From: Candidatus Aegiribacteria sp.
GTDB lineage: Bacteria; Fermentibacterota; Fermentibacteria; Fermentibacterales; JCC-6
Length of the DNA stretch: 64,000 nt
Direction of reading: 5' to 3'
Assembly (NCBI GenBank): GCA_046498225.1
Contig: JAWOBF010000059.1
Span: 1 to 64,000 of the forward strand
The notes under the pieces were generated by a model. The model was not told the origin of the DNA. It made no database searches and saw nothing but the letters and a program-made list of their open reading frames with translations. Positions 1-8,448 of the stretch are shown piece by piece. The first letter of the stretch is position 1. Each line of letters starts with the position of its first letter. Made by a program: the position numbers and the translations under genes.

Positions 1-636
1 TTCGACGTAATCCGCGAATTGCTCTGTGAGATCCTCGGAGCTTGCAACACTGAAACCGTTCTCAGAAAGTACTTCTTCGTACTTCCCTCTGCTGTAGACA
101 TGGGGGAATTTCATGAAGGTGCAGATTCTGAGGGCGGTTTTCCCGTCCATTTCCGACGGGCCTTCCACCCAGTCTGAAAACGCGATGGTTCCCCCGGGTT
201 TGAGAACTCTGGCGATCTCGGCTATCATTCTCTCCTTGTCCTCGACGTAACACCAGGCGTCCTCTCCCCAGACCACGTCGAACTCATCGTCCGGCCATGG
301 GATGCTTTCTGCGTTTCCTACCTTGTATGTAATCCTTCCGGACTGTCCGTCACGTTCCGTGCGTTTCACAGCTTCGTCCACCATGTGTTTCGTCGCATCC
401 AGCCCGAAGCCTCGTACCCCGTAGTTCCTCTCGAGGAACCTCAGTCCGGCTCCCAGGGCGCTGCAGATGTCCAGCACCTTCTGATCGCCTTTAATGCCTG
501 CTTTTTCTGCCAGAATCTTCGACTGGTCCCAGCCTCCCACATGGATCTGCTCACCCATGATCATTTCCCACAGCTGACCCTCCGGTCCACTGTAGACTTC
601 CTTCACGTTCTCGATGGTTATCCCGGTTTGCTTCAC
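1..636 (-). CDS. Class I SAM-dependent methyltransferase (3' end runs off the window)
   Basis: Not in the ORF track; translated by hand from GTG at 636 (RBS GGAGGAGG): MKQTGITIENVKEVYSGPEGQLWEMIMGEQIHVGG...KVLDICSALGAG...GLDAT...GNAESIPWPDDEFDVVWGEDAWCY...ARVLKPGG; frame open to base 1. Confidence 0.88.
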   Translation of the reverse strand, partial: MKQTGITIENVKEVYSGPEGQLWEMIMGEQIHVGGWDQSKILAEKAGIKGDQKVLDICSALGAGLRFLERNYGVRGFGLDATKHMVDEAVKRTERDGQSGRITYKVGNAESIPWPDDEFDVVWGEDAWCYVEDKERMIAEIARVLKPGGTIAFSDWVEGPSEMDGKTALRICTFMKFPHVYSRGKYEEVLSENGFSVASSEDLTEQFADYVE

Positions 637-891
637 GGTACCCTCCTCCAGTCTGAATGGACATGGACATGATAGATAAGGACCCGACCGATCCATCCAT
701 TCATCGACAGAGACCGCGAAAACGTCAGGGATCTATAGTGATCAGGACTGCATTCGGGAGCTGCCGATGTCCGACCGGCCCATCCAGGGCACGGATCGAA
801 TGGCTCAAATGCAGGCTCTGAGAACCAGTTCCGGCATTATTGCTCCCTTCGCTGAAATGATTCCTAGTGAAAAGGTATGAGAATATTGTGA

Positions 892-920
892 ATTATCTGC
901 TGTACGTAACGCGAGGTCAA
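892..920 (-). promoter_or_regulatory. Sigma70-like promoter, TTGACC-N17-GATAAT, upstream of the methyltransferase
   Basis: Reverse complement of 892-920 reads ttgacc tcgcgttacgtacagca gataat. Confidence 0.5.
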
Positions 921-1014
921 GGGTAATGAAGCTCCAAAAGTTCTTCCCCTGCCTCTGCATCTGGAAAAGTGTCCCTCTATTCCGCGGTGGCTCCTTTTGC
1001 CTGGAAGCTATCCG

Positions 1015-1572
1015 TCAGGGATGGCCGGGTGACCTGATCTCGAGGTACCTGTCGCGTTCGCTGAAAACGCACCCGCAGTAGGGCTGGCGGTACATGCCGG
1101 CTTCCCGTGAAAGGGAAATGGACTCCCGGTAGCCGTCCCTGAAATCCCTGAACTCGAAACGGACTCCCCATTCCTCCTCCGCCCGCGCTCCGGCCTTTCT
1201 GATAAGCTCCTGGTCCTGGTACGGACTGACCGAGAGGGTGGTGGAGAAGCGTTCGATCCCCATTTCCGAGGCTCTGCGGGCCGTGGCCGAGAGACGGTCA
1301 TGGAAACAGGCGCTGCACCTGTTCTCCGCGGCCAGGAGCATTCTCAGGTTCTCCTCCAGCGGGTAGTCGACCTCGACTTCCAGGGGTATCCCTCTTTCTT
1401 CCGCGTAGTCGGAGAGGGCGGTGAGCCTTCGTTCCCTCTCCTTCCATGGATGGATGTTGGGATTGTAGAAGTAACCGGTGACCCGAAAGCCCTCACCAGC
1501 CAGCTCCCTGTGGACCACGGTCATGCATGGACCGCAGCACGCGTGCAGAAGCAGGTCCCCGCCGGCGGTCAC
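1015..1572 (-). CDS. queH: Epoxyqueuosine reductase QueH (DUF208)
   Basis: LLLHACCGPC, FYNPNIHP, CSACFHDRL, FSTTLSVSPYQ, YRQPYCGCVFS; GTG start overlaps the ruvB TGA (GTGA); the N-terminal part of the 441-aa track ORF is shadow of ruvB. Confidence 0.9.
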   Translation of the reverse strand: MTAGGDLLLHACCGPCMTVVHRELAGEGFRVTGYFYNPNIHPWKERERRLTALSDYAEERGIPLEVEVDYPLEENLRMLLAAENRCSACFHDRLSATARRASEMGIERFSTTLSVSPYQDQELIRKAGARAEEEWGVRFEFRDFRDGYRESISLSREAGMYRQPYCGCVFSERDRYLEIRSPGHP

Positions 1573-2600
1573 AGCGGAAGCTCGTCCTGTCCCGAGGGGT
1601 TGAGGCCCAGGTGCCTCCAGGCCTTCTGTGTGGTCATCCTTCCCCTGCTGGTGCGGTTCAGAAAGCCGGATATCAGGAGATAGGGCTCCACAACGTCGAT
1701 CAGCGTGTCCTTCTCCTCGTTGAGGGTGGCCGCCAGGGCCGCTACTCCAACCGGGCCGCCGGAGTACTGTTCGATTATCACCCTCAGGTACCGCCTGTCC
1801 AGGCCGTCCAGGCCGGCCTCGTCCACACCGTGTATGTCCATGGCCTCCACCGCCACTTCCTCGGTGACGGTATCCATGCCCTCCACCTGCGCGAAGTCCC
1901 TGACCCTCTTCAGCAGCCTGTTGCATATCCTGGGCGTACCCCGGGAGCGGAGGGCTATGGTCTCGGCGCCCCCCTCGGTGACTTCCAGTTTCAGTATGCC
2001 CGAGGAGCGGCGGAGTATCTCCGCCAGCTCGGAGGTGTTGTAGAACTGCATGTGAAGCGACAGGCCGAACCGGTTCCTCAGCGGCCCGGTTATCAGGCCG
2101 GCCCTTGTGGTGGCCCCTATGATGGTGAACTCCGACAGGTCCAGTCTCACCGTCCTGGCGTGGGGTCCGGGGTCCAGCACTATGTCTATCTGAAAATCCT
2201 CCATGGCCGGGTAGAGGTACTCCTCCACCACCCTGGGCAGACGGTGTATCTCGTCTATGAAGAGCACATCCCCCTGCTGAAGGTTGGTGAGTATACCCAC
2301 CAGGTCCGCCGCCCGCTCCAGGGCGGGACCGGAACTGCACACCAGACCGGCGCTCATCTCGTTGGAAACTATGTGGGCCAGGGTGGTCTTGCCCAGTCCC
2401 GGAGGACCGTGGAACAGGATGTGATCCAGGGGCTCCCCCCTGCCCAGGGCGGCCTTGATGGCTATCCCCAGTTTCTGCACCACATCATCCTGCCCGACGT
2501 ACTCCGCCAGACTGCGCGGGCGCAGTGAAGCCAGCGTGCGCTCCTCCGCCGCTTCCTCCGGTCCGGATACCTGACTGGACAGTATGGATTCCCTGCTCAT
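1569..2600 (-). CDS. ruvB: Holliday junction branch migration helicase RuvB
   Basis: LRPRSLAEYVGQ, GPPGLGKTTLA, FIDEIHR, GATTRAG, SRGTPRI. Confidence 0.98.
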   Translation of the reverse strand: MSRESILSSQVSGPEEAAEERTLASLRPRSLAEYVGQDDVVQKLGIAIKAALGRGEPLDHILFHGPPGLGKTTLAHIVSNEMSAGLVCSSGPALERAADLVGILTNLQQGDVLFIDEIHRLPRVVEEYLYPAMEDFQIDIVLDPGPHARTVRLDLSEFTIIGATTRAGLITGPLRNRFGLSLHMQFYNTSELAEILRRSSGILKLEVTEGGAETIALRSRGTPRICNRLLKRVRDFAQVEGMDTVTEEVAVEAMDIHGVDEAGLDGLDRRYLRVIIEQYSGGPVGVAALAATLNEEKDTLIDVVEPYLLISGFLNRTSRGRMTTQKAWRHLGLNPSGQDELPL

Positions 2601-3196
2601 TCCCCGCCCCTGATCCTCATGGCCCGTTTGACTATCTCCGAAGTCCCGGCATTCTCATCCAGCTCTCCGCACGCCGCTTCAATGAGCCTTTCCGCCTCGG
2701 TGAGCTGGACCCCCAGCTGTCTGAGTACGGCCCTGGCCTCACTCCTGGGACCGGCCGCGGTTCCCGCGGAAGTCACCTTCCCCACCATGGCCCTCATCTG
2801 TTCCTGAAGCCCCGCGACTATCTGCCTGGCCCTCTTCCTGCCTATTCCCGGAAGGGTTATGAGATAATCGTAATCCTCGCCCGCTATGGCCGCGGCTATC
2901 CTGTCCGGAGGCTGCTCCAGCGCCCTGACGGCCGCCCGCACTCCAACACCGGAGACCGATATGAACTTCTCGAAGAACTGCCTGTCGTTTTCCTCGGGGA
3001 ATCCCACCAGCAGAGGGACCACACGGTTGCCCTCCATCTGCAGATGCAGGTAGACCGGGATATCCAGCCGGCTGCCGGCGGATACGCTTCTGAGGAAATA
3101 ACCCGGTACCAGAACGCTCACCACAACCGGGCCGACCCTCACCAGAAGACAGGACTCAGCCGTTCTTTCTACCGTACCTCTTATACTTTCTATCAT
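2597..3196 (-). CDS. ruvA: Holliday junction DNA-binding protein RuvA
   Basis: HhH motifs ISVSGVG and LPGIGRKRA; lies between ruvC and ruvB. Confidence 0.93.
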   Translation of the reverse strand: MIESIRGTVERTAESCLLVRVGPVVVSVLVPGYFLRSVSAGSRLDIPVYLHLQMEGNRVVPLLVGFPEENDRQFFEKFISVSGVGVRAAVRALEQPPDRIAAAIAGEDYDYLITLPGIGRKRARQIVAGLQEQMRAMVGKVTSAGTAAGPRSEARAVLRQLGVQLTEAERLIEAACGELDENAGTSEIVKRAMRIRGGE

Positions 3197-3683
3197 TCCT
3201 GTCGCTTTCGTATGCGGCTATCGCCACCGCCAGGGCGTCGGTGACGTCATCCGGCTTTATTTCTCCGGTTATGCCCAGCAGATGCTTGACCATGCCTGAA
3301 ACCTGCTCCTTGCTGGCCCGGCCGTTGCCCGTCACCAGTTTCTTCACCCTGGTGGCGGGGATGGGGATCTGGCGCACTCCCCGACGGGCGGCGGCCAGGC
3401 AGAGGACCCCCCTGGCGTGAGCCATCTTGACCGCGGTGAGAGGATGTTTGTAATGGGCGTAGAGCTTCTCCATCCCCATGGCGTATGGAAGGTACCTGTC
3501 GATAACCTCCAGAATGCCGCAGAACAGTTCGTTCAGCCTTTCGGGAAGGAGGTCGTCGGCGGACGACCTCAGGACTCCGGCGTCCAGCACCTCCATGGCT
3601 CCCGTTGAGAACCGGATGACTCCGTACCCTGTAGTGCCCAGACCCGGGTCGATTCCCAGGTAGACCTCTCCCGCCGGCTTCAC
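3156..3683 (-). CDS. ruvC: Crossover junction endodeoxyribonuclease RuvC
   Basis: LGIDPG, HARGV, VTGNGRASKEQV, DDVTDALAVA. Confidence 0.96.
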   Translation of the reverse strand: MKPAGEVYLGIDPGLGTTGYGVIRFSTGAMEVLDAGVLRSSADDLLPERLNELFCGILEVIDRYLPYAMGMEKLYAHYKHPLTAVKMAHARGVLCLAAARRGVRQIPIPATRVKKLVTGNGRASKEQVSGMVKHLLGITGEIKPDDVTDALAVAIAAYESDRNDRKYKRYGRKNG

Positions 3684-3686
3684 CGA

Positions 3687-4415
3687 TTAGTCTTCCCGCA
3701 TCTCGAAATTCGTATGTATGGCCTGCACGTCATCGGATTCCTCCAGGACCTCCAGGAGCTCCAGCGCCTTCTCCGCCTCCTTCCGGTCGGGCATGACGTA
3801 GGTATCCGGCTCCTTGGTGACCTCGGCGCTCTCGGGCAGCACACCGTTCTCCGCCAGAGCGTTCTTCACGTCGAAGACATCTGATGGAGAGGTGGTGGCG
3901 ATTATAAGGTCGTCGGATTTCTGAACATCCTCCAGTCCCGCGTCCAGCCCGGCCTCCAGCACCTGGTCCTCACTGTACCTGGATCCGTCGATGGTTATCC
4001 TTCCCACCCTGCTGAACATGTAGGCAACGCTGTTCCTGGAGCCGAGGTGACCTCCGTGCTTGGAGAGCAGATGCCTTATCTCCGCCGCGGTCCTGTTCTT
4101 GTTGTCGGTCAGCACCTCGATGATGATGGCTACCCCTCCGGGACCGTAGGCCTCGTAGATTATCTCCTCGTAGCTTACACCCTCCAGCTCTCCGGTGCCC
4201 CGCTTGATGGCCCTCTCGATGTTGTCGGAAGGCATGTTGTGCGATTTTGCCGTTTCCACTGCCACCCTGAGCCGGGAGTTGGACTCAACGTCTCCCCCTC
4301 CCTCCCTGGCGGCCACGGATATCTCCTTCACCAGCCTGCTGAAGATCTTGCCCCGGGCGGCGTCCGCCTTCTGTTTCTTGTGCTTTATGCTGCTCCATTT
4401 ATTGTGTCCTGACAT
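3687..4415 (-). CDS. yebC: YebC/PmpR family protein
   Basis: MSGHNKWSSIKHKK, YEAYGPGG, TDNKNRT; classic position upstream of ruvC. Confidence 0.96.
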   Translation of the reverse strand: MSGHNKWSSIKHKKQKADAARGKIFSRLVKEISVAAREGGGDVESNSRLRVAVETAKSHNMPSDNIERAIKRGTGELEGVSYEEIIYEAYGPGGVAIIIEVLTDNKNRTAAEIRHLLSKHGGHLGSRNSVAYMFSRVGRITIDGSRYSEDQVLEAGLDAGLEDVQKSDDLIIATTSPSDVFDVKNALAENGVLPESAEVTKEPDTYVMPDRKEAEKALELLEVLEESDDVQAIHTNFEMRED

Positions 4416-4507
4416 TCAACGCTCCTGTTCAGTAATTCCCGCCTGTAACCGTTATTGTCATGGTGAACATTAGTAGCGGTCCGCTTTCAGTCAAGAAGAG
4501 GGGAGAT

Positions 4508-5206
4508 TCAGGTCCGGCTGTTCATCCTCAGTATCTCCCCGCAGTCCCTTACCGCGGAGAAGGGCAGGGCGATGCGGGAGCCGTTGATCCTCATCAGGTG
4601 TTCCTCCTGCGTGCAGCCTACGGCGTAGATGCTCGCGGAACTCACCTCCACGTCCAGGTCCACGCAGGCAAGGAAGTCCTTCCGGCTCACTTCCACTCCC
4701 ACCGCCACTCCCCTGGCCAGGGTCCGGGCGTCCGGAAGGCCCACCGACCCTCCGAAAACCCGCGCAGAAGAGCCATGCTCGAGCCTTTCCGGAAGGAAGT
4801 TCTCCCTGTGCATCCTGACACCTGTGGAGAGGACCAGGCTGGTGGAGAACGCCGGGAATATGAGCCGGTCCCTCCTGGTCTCGGGTTCGTGGTCGGAAAG
4901 ACCCCTCTCCCCGCCGGTAAATTCCCTGAAGCCGCGGACCATGGAGGGGGACGACTCCCTGCGGGACATCCGCCGGTATATGGAAACGGTAACGTCCACC
5001 TTCCAGAACGGAAGCGGAACGGTACCTTCCCCTCCCATTCTCATGAAATCTATCCCGAGCGGGCTGAAGTCCTGTTCGAGCCCCCAGCATCTTCCGCAGT
5101 GCCAGCAGTAGAATATGACGTCCGTCGGAAGCCCCTCCAGGTCATTTCCGCAGTTGCGACACCTGAACGGGAGCGGAGAAGGATGTCCAGGTTCAGTATA
5201 TGACAT
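4508..5206 (-). CDS. Zinc-ribbon protein (YdjG-like paralogue 3, no obvious TM helix)
   Basis: N-terminal CRNC...CWHC; LPFW motif; overlaps the upstream paralogue by 14 nt. Confidence 0.7.
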   Translation of the reverse strand: MSYTEPGHPSPLPFRCRNCGNDLEGLPTDVIFYCWHCGRCWGLEQDFSPLGIDFMRMGGEGTVPLPFWKVDVTVSIYRRMSRRESSPSMVRGFREFTGGERGLSDHEPETRRDRLIFPAFSTSLVLSTGVRMHRENFLPERLEHGSSARVFGGSVGLPDARTLARGVAVGVEVSRKDFLACVDLDVEVSSASIYAVGCTQEEHLMRINGSRIALPFSAVRDCGEILRMNSRT

Positions 5207-6269
5207 GGTCCCCCTCCCTTCCCGCCAGGCCTCCCAGTATTCCCAGGAACCGCCATGTTGCGTAGGCGAGACCGCCCAGTATCAGAAGCAGGACCGGAAG
5301 GCAGCTGGATTCTCCTCCGGATGTGTTGCGGTAGCTCAGTCCGCCGCTGAAGATAAGTTCGACGTTGTAGGGCAGTATCGCGGCCCAGAACAGCGCCGCC
5401 GCCACCGTGAGTATCCTCCGGTCCCTTCCGGACGAGGGAAACCTCCCCCTCAGCACCTCGCCGGACCGGCCGTCCACCACCACCTGGTAGGAGCCTCCGC
5501 CGTACCTGAAATCCGTTACCCAGAGCGGATAGTAGACAAGCGCGTCCCGGTGGCCGGACAGCACCGCGAACTCCCACTTTTCCTCCAGGCCGAAACCGAC
5601 GCCGGAACCGAGTCTTCTGAGGTACCTTTCTGTCTGTTCACGGGCCTGTGACAGGGTCACCGCGGGATCGACGAATATCCCGTCCCTGGAACTCTCGTCC
5701 TCCAGTATCTCCAGCCCCTCCGGAAGGTTGTTCTTCTGGATCTCCAGTCCCTGGATGGACAACTGGGAGTCCGCGGACAGGGAGGGTATTCCCAGCGGTT
5801 CCAGGTCCGCCCCGCTTACGTTCACGCTGCCGGAGAGCTGTATCTCCCGCTCCACCGCGGTTCCTCCCGACCTTGTTCTCACCTTCCTGGTGACGGTTAC
5901 GGCGTAGCCGCTCCCGGACTGGCCCTCGCTGTCCACCACCGATATCTCCCTCTCCCTGTATACCGGCTCCACTCCCAGAACGTAGCCGTTGACCTGAGCG
6001 CTGCAGTGCCAGAAGGGAACGTAGTAGAGGACCGGTCTGCTCACCCTGGCGTTTTCCACACCCCGGGGATTCACTTTCTCCAGCTGACGCCGTACCGTTC
6101 TCAGCGCAGCGACCCTGGAGACGGCGGAGGGAAGGACGTACTTCCTCACGGCGCTGGGGAGTATGAGACTGGATGAGCAGTTCGGGCATACGGTATGCGT
6201 ATCACCCTCCCGTATTCTGAGGGGACCCGCGCAGGAGGGACATTTCAGAGCGATGGAGACCCTCTTCAA
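5193..6269 (-). CDS. Zinc-ribbon membrane protein (YdjG-like paralogue 2)
   Basis: TTG start after GGAGGGGG overlapping the upstream stop; CPSC...CPNC, YYVPFW, VYYPLW, VVVDGRSGEV; two C-terminal hydrophobic helices. Confidence 0.78.
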   Translation of the reverse strand: MKRVSIALKCPSCAGPLRIREGDTHTVCPNCSSSLILPSAVRKYVLPSAVSRVAALRTVRRQLEKVNPRGVENARVSRPVLYYVPFWHCSAQVNGYVLGVEPVYREREISVVDSEGQSGSGYAVTVTRKVRTRSGGTAVEREIQLSGSVNVSGADLEPLGIPSLSADSQLSIQGLEIQKNNLPEGLEILEDESSRDGIFVDPAVTLSQAREQTERYLRRLGSGVGFGLEEKWEFAVLSGHRDALVYYPLWVTDFRYGGGSYQVVVDGRSGEVLRGRFPSSGRDRRILTVAAALFWAAILPYNVELIFSGGLSYRNTSGGESSCLPVLLLILGGLAYATWRFLGILGGLAGREGDHVIY

Positions 6270-6961
6270 CTTCCCCCCCTCCTTATCCCGCCGTAATAGA
6301 CCGCCGCCGCCAGTAATATGACAACCAGGTATACCCATATCAGCGAAACAGGGGAAAGCGAGAGACTTCGTGAAACCAGGTAAACGGGCACCGACACCGC
6401 CAGACCCGCCAGAAGAGCCCTGAGGAACAGTCCTTTGAGCCCGGCTGAACGTTCCTCGTCCCCGCCGTGGGCGGGAAGCTCCCCCAGGGCATTTCCGGAC
6501 ACCCCGTCCACCAGCACGCCCTCACCGTAGCCCTGAAGCTTCAGCATGACGATGAAATAGGGGTGAAAGACCAGCCTTCCCTCCTCAGGTTGAGTCTGTT
6601 CTCTGTTGAAGGGAATGATCTGGCCGGGCTCGGCGAGGCTCTCATCGAAGACCTGCCTGTCCCCGTCGGGGGGAGTGTAATCCACCAGCTCCTGCCAGGG
6701 CTGACTGAAACAGGGTACCCGCTTCCGGCTGCCGGCAGCTGCCGTCTCAAGGTAGGGGAAATACTTCATCTCCATACCGGTTACCATTCCGGGCGGGAAC
6801 AGTCTGCGGACATCCTCCTCGGTTACCGAGGTCTTCACCATGTACGGAGTGGTTGGAGGAGGGTTCACGATGAGCCTGGAGCCGCAGTAGGGACACCTGA
6901 GGAAGAAGTCGCTGTCCAGGACCACCTGCTCGCTTCCGCACTGGGAGCAGCTTACCTTCAT
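6266..6961 (-). CDS. Zinc-ribbon membrane protein (YdjG-like paralogue 1)
   Basis: CSQC...CPYC, KYFPY, VFHPYF, VLVDGVSGN; two C-terminal TM helices; ATGA overlap with the kinase gene. Confidence 0.75.
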   Translation of the reverse strand: MKVSCSQCGSEQVVLDSDFFLRCPYCGSRLIVNPPPTTPYMVKTSVTEEDVRRLFPPGMVTGMEMKYFPYLETAAAGSRKRVPCFSQPWQELVDYTPPDGDRQVFDESLAEPGQIIPFNREQTQPEEGRLVFHPYFIVMLKLQGYGEGVLVDGVSGNALGELPAHGGDEERSAGLKGLFLRALLAGLAVSVPVYLVSRSLSLSPVSLIWVYLVVILLAAAVYYGGIRRGGS

Positions 6962-8430
6962 GTCGGGCTCCCGTCCTCGGCTTCCGGGTCATCCGGAACC
7001 CTTTTCCAAGCAAGTTCTCCCACGGCCGCCGCGAGCCTGCCCATGCCGACGGGGCTGCCGATGTATATAACCTCCGGTCCGTGCTCCACCGGTAGCCTCA
7101 GTGATTCATCCATGGCGACGATCACTCCGTTCAGGGAGTATTCCTCCCCCGCCAGGGCCTGCCTCTCCGCCGCGAAGTACTCGTGGTCGGTTAACAGCAG
7201 CCGGAACTCCTCCTGCCCGCGCACCGGTAGCCCCGGGCGTGGAGCGCACCCTATGGCTTCGAGCATGCGGGCGGCCCTGTCCGCCTCGACCTGGTCCAGC
7301 CCCGTGCAGTATACCACGGGCATCACGTCTCCCGATGTCTCGGTCTCGATGCCTTCGGCAGCGGGAAGGTACACAGTGAACGTGGAACCTCTTCCAGGTC
7401 TTGAATCGACGGTAATGCAGCCGCCGAAGCCGTGCACTATGGAATAGACAGCGGACAGACCCAGCCCGTACCTGTTCCTTCCGGTGGTGAACCTCGGGCT
7501 GAATATTCGCGTCAGGTTGTCGCCGTGGATACCCGGGCCGTTGTCGGATACGCTCACCATCACGTAGTTCCCAGCTCCCGCCGGAGTTATGTCACCGGAA
7601 AGGGCGGCCCTGCATGCGGCCAGAAGAACCCTGCCGCCGTGTCCCGCGGCCTGTCCCGCGTTCATCAGCAGGTTGATGAGGACCTGTTCCAGCAGTCCGC
7701 CCGGCAGCGCCGCGAAACCGGTCCTGTCGGGAAACGCCAGCTCGAGCTCCGTCCCTTCATGAACGGAGTTGAACAACCGCGCGCATGACATTATCACCTT
7801 TCCGGTATTGCAGAGGTCGGCACCCTCCCTGCTCCCGGGGTCCGCGCCCAGGCTGGAGACGACTTCACTTATCCTGCCGATGATCTTTCGGGACTCCCTC
7901 AGGTTGCGGAGCACGGCTTCTCTGTCGCCATGCTCTCTGCCCGCAGCGGAAAGCTTTGCCAGAAGCACCGTGAGCAGGTCATGTATCCTGCCTGTGATCC
8001 CCCTTGCGATGACCCTGACGGTATCGGCCTTCTGCACGTTCCGGAGCGAACGGTCCAGCAGCCAGCGGGCGCTTACGTCCCTGAAGACCATTCCTCCGAT
8101 GGACCCCGGAGCTTCGTCCGACAGAAATACGGTTCCGCTCACCAGCACATCATCGCCGTCGGCGGTGACAAGAACTGTTCCCAGCGGGAAATCGTACAGA
8201 CCGTTCCCGGGCAGTATCTCCTCCGCCTCATTCCGCAGTGGCGTACGCGTATTGCTGTCCACGACCCTGCAGATTTCCCACAGGTCCCCGCCTATGCCCC
8301 CGGACGATCCGCATCCGATAATGCGCCGGGCCTCGGGGTTCATGTAGGTTATCCTGCGGGTTCCGTCGGCCAGCACCACGGCGTCGGACACCGAATCCAG
8401 GAAGACCCTGAGGCCCGGGGCGTTTTTCAT
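6958..8430 (-). CDS. PAS-domain hybrid histidine kinase with degenerate H-box and pseudo-receiver
   Basis: PAS (DSVSDAVVLAD...YMNPEA), N-box EQVLINLLMNA, G1 VSDNGPG, G2 GLGLS, GRGSTFTVYLP; C-terminal REC-like segment LLLTD. Confidence 0.82.
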   Translation of the reverse strand: MKNAPGLRVFLDSVSDAVVLADGTRRITYMNPEARRIIGCGSSGGIGGDLWEICRVVDSNTRTPLRNEAEEILPGNGLYDFPLGTVLVTADGDDVLVSGTVFLSDEAPGSIGGMVFRDVSARWLLDRSLRNVQKADTVRVIARGITGRIHDLLTVLLAKLSAAGREHGDREAVLRNLRESRKIIGRISEVVSSLGADPGSREGADLCNTGKVIMSCARLFNSVHEGTELELAFPDRTGFAALPGGLLEQVLINLLMNAGQAAGHGGRVLLAACRAALSGDITPAGAGNYVMVSVSDNGPGIHGDNLTRIFSPRFTTGRNRYGLGLSAVYSIVHGFGGCITVDSRPGRGSTFTVYLPAAEGIETETSGDVMPVVYCTGLDQVEADRAARMLEAIGCAPRPGLPVRGQEEFRLLLTDHEYFAAERQALAGEEYSLNGVIVAMDESLRLPVEHGPEVIYIGSPVGMGRLAAAVGELAWKRVPDDPEAEDGSPT

Positions 8431-8448
8431 CGCCTGACTGCGCGGGAC

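Noticed and set aside
805..837. Selenocysteine read-through of the uORF TGA
   Set aside because: The read-through sequence hits further stops within about 25 codons and shows no selenoprotein motif
1573..2340. N-terminal 255 aa of the 441-aa ORF 1015..2340
   Set aside because: Alternate frame of ruvB with low-complexity Gly/Arg/His composition; QueH similarity starts only at the GTG at 1572
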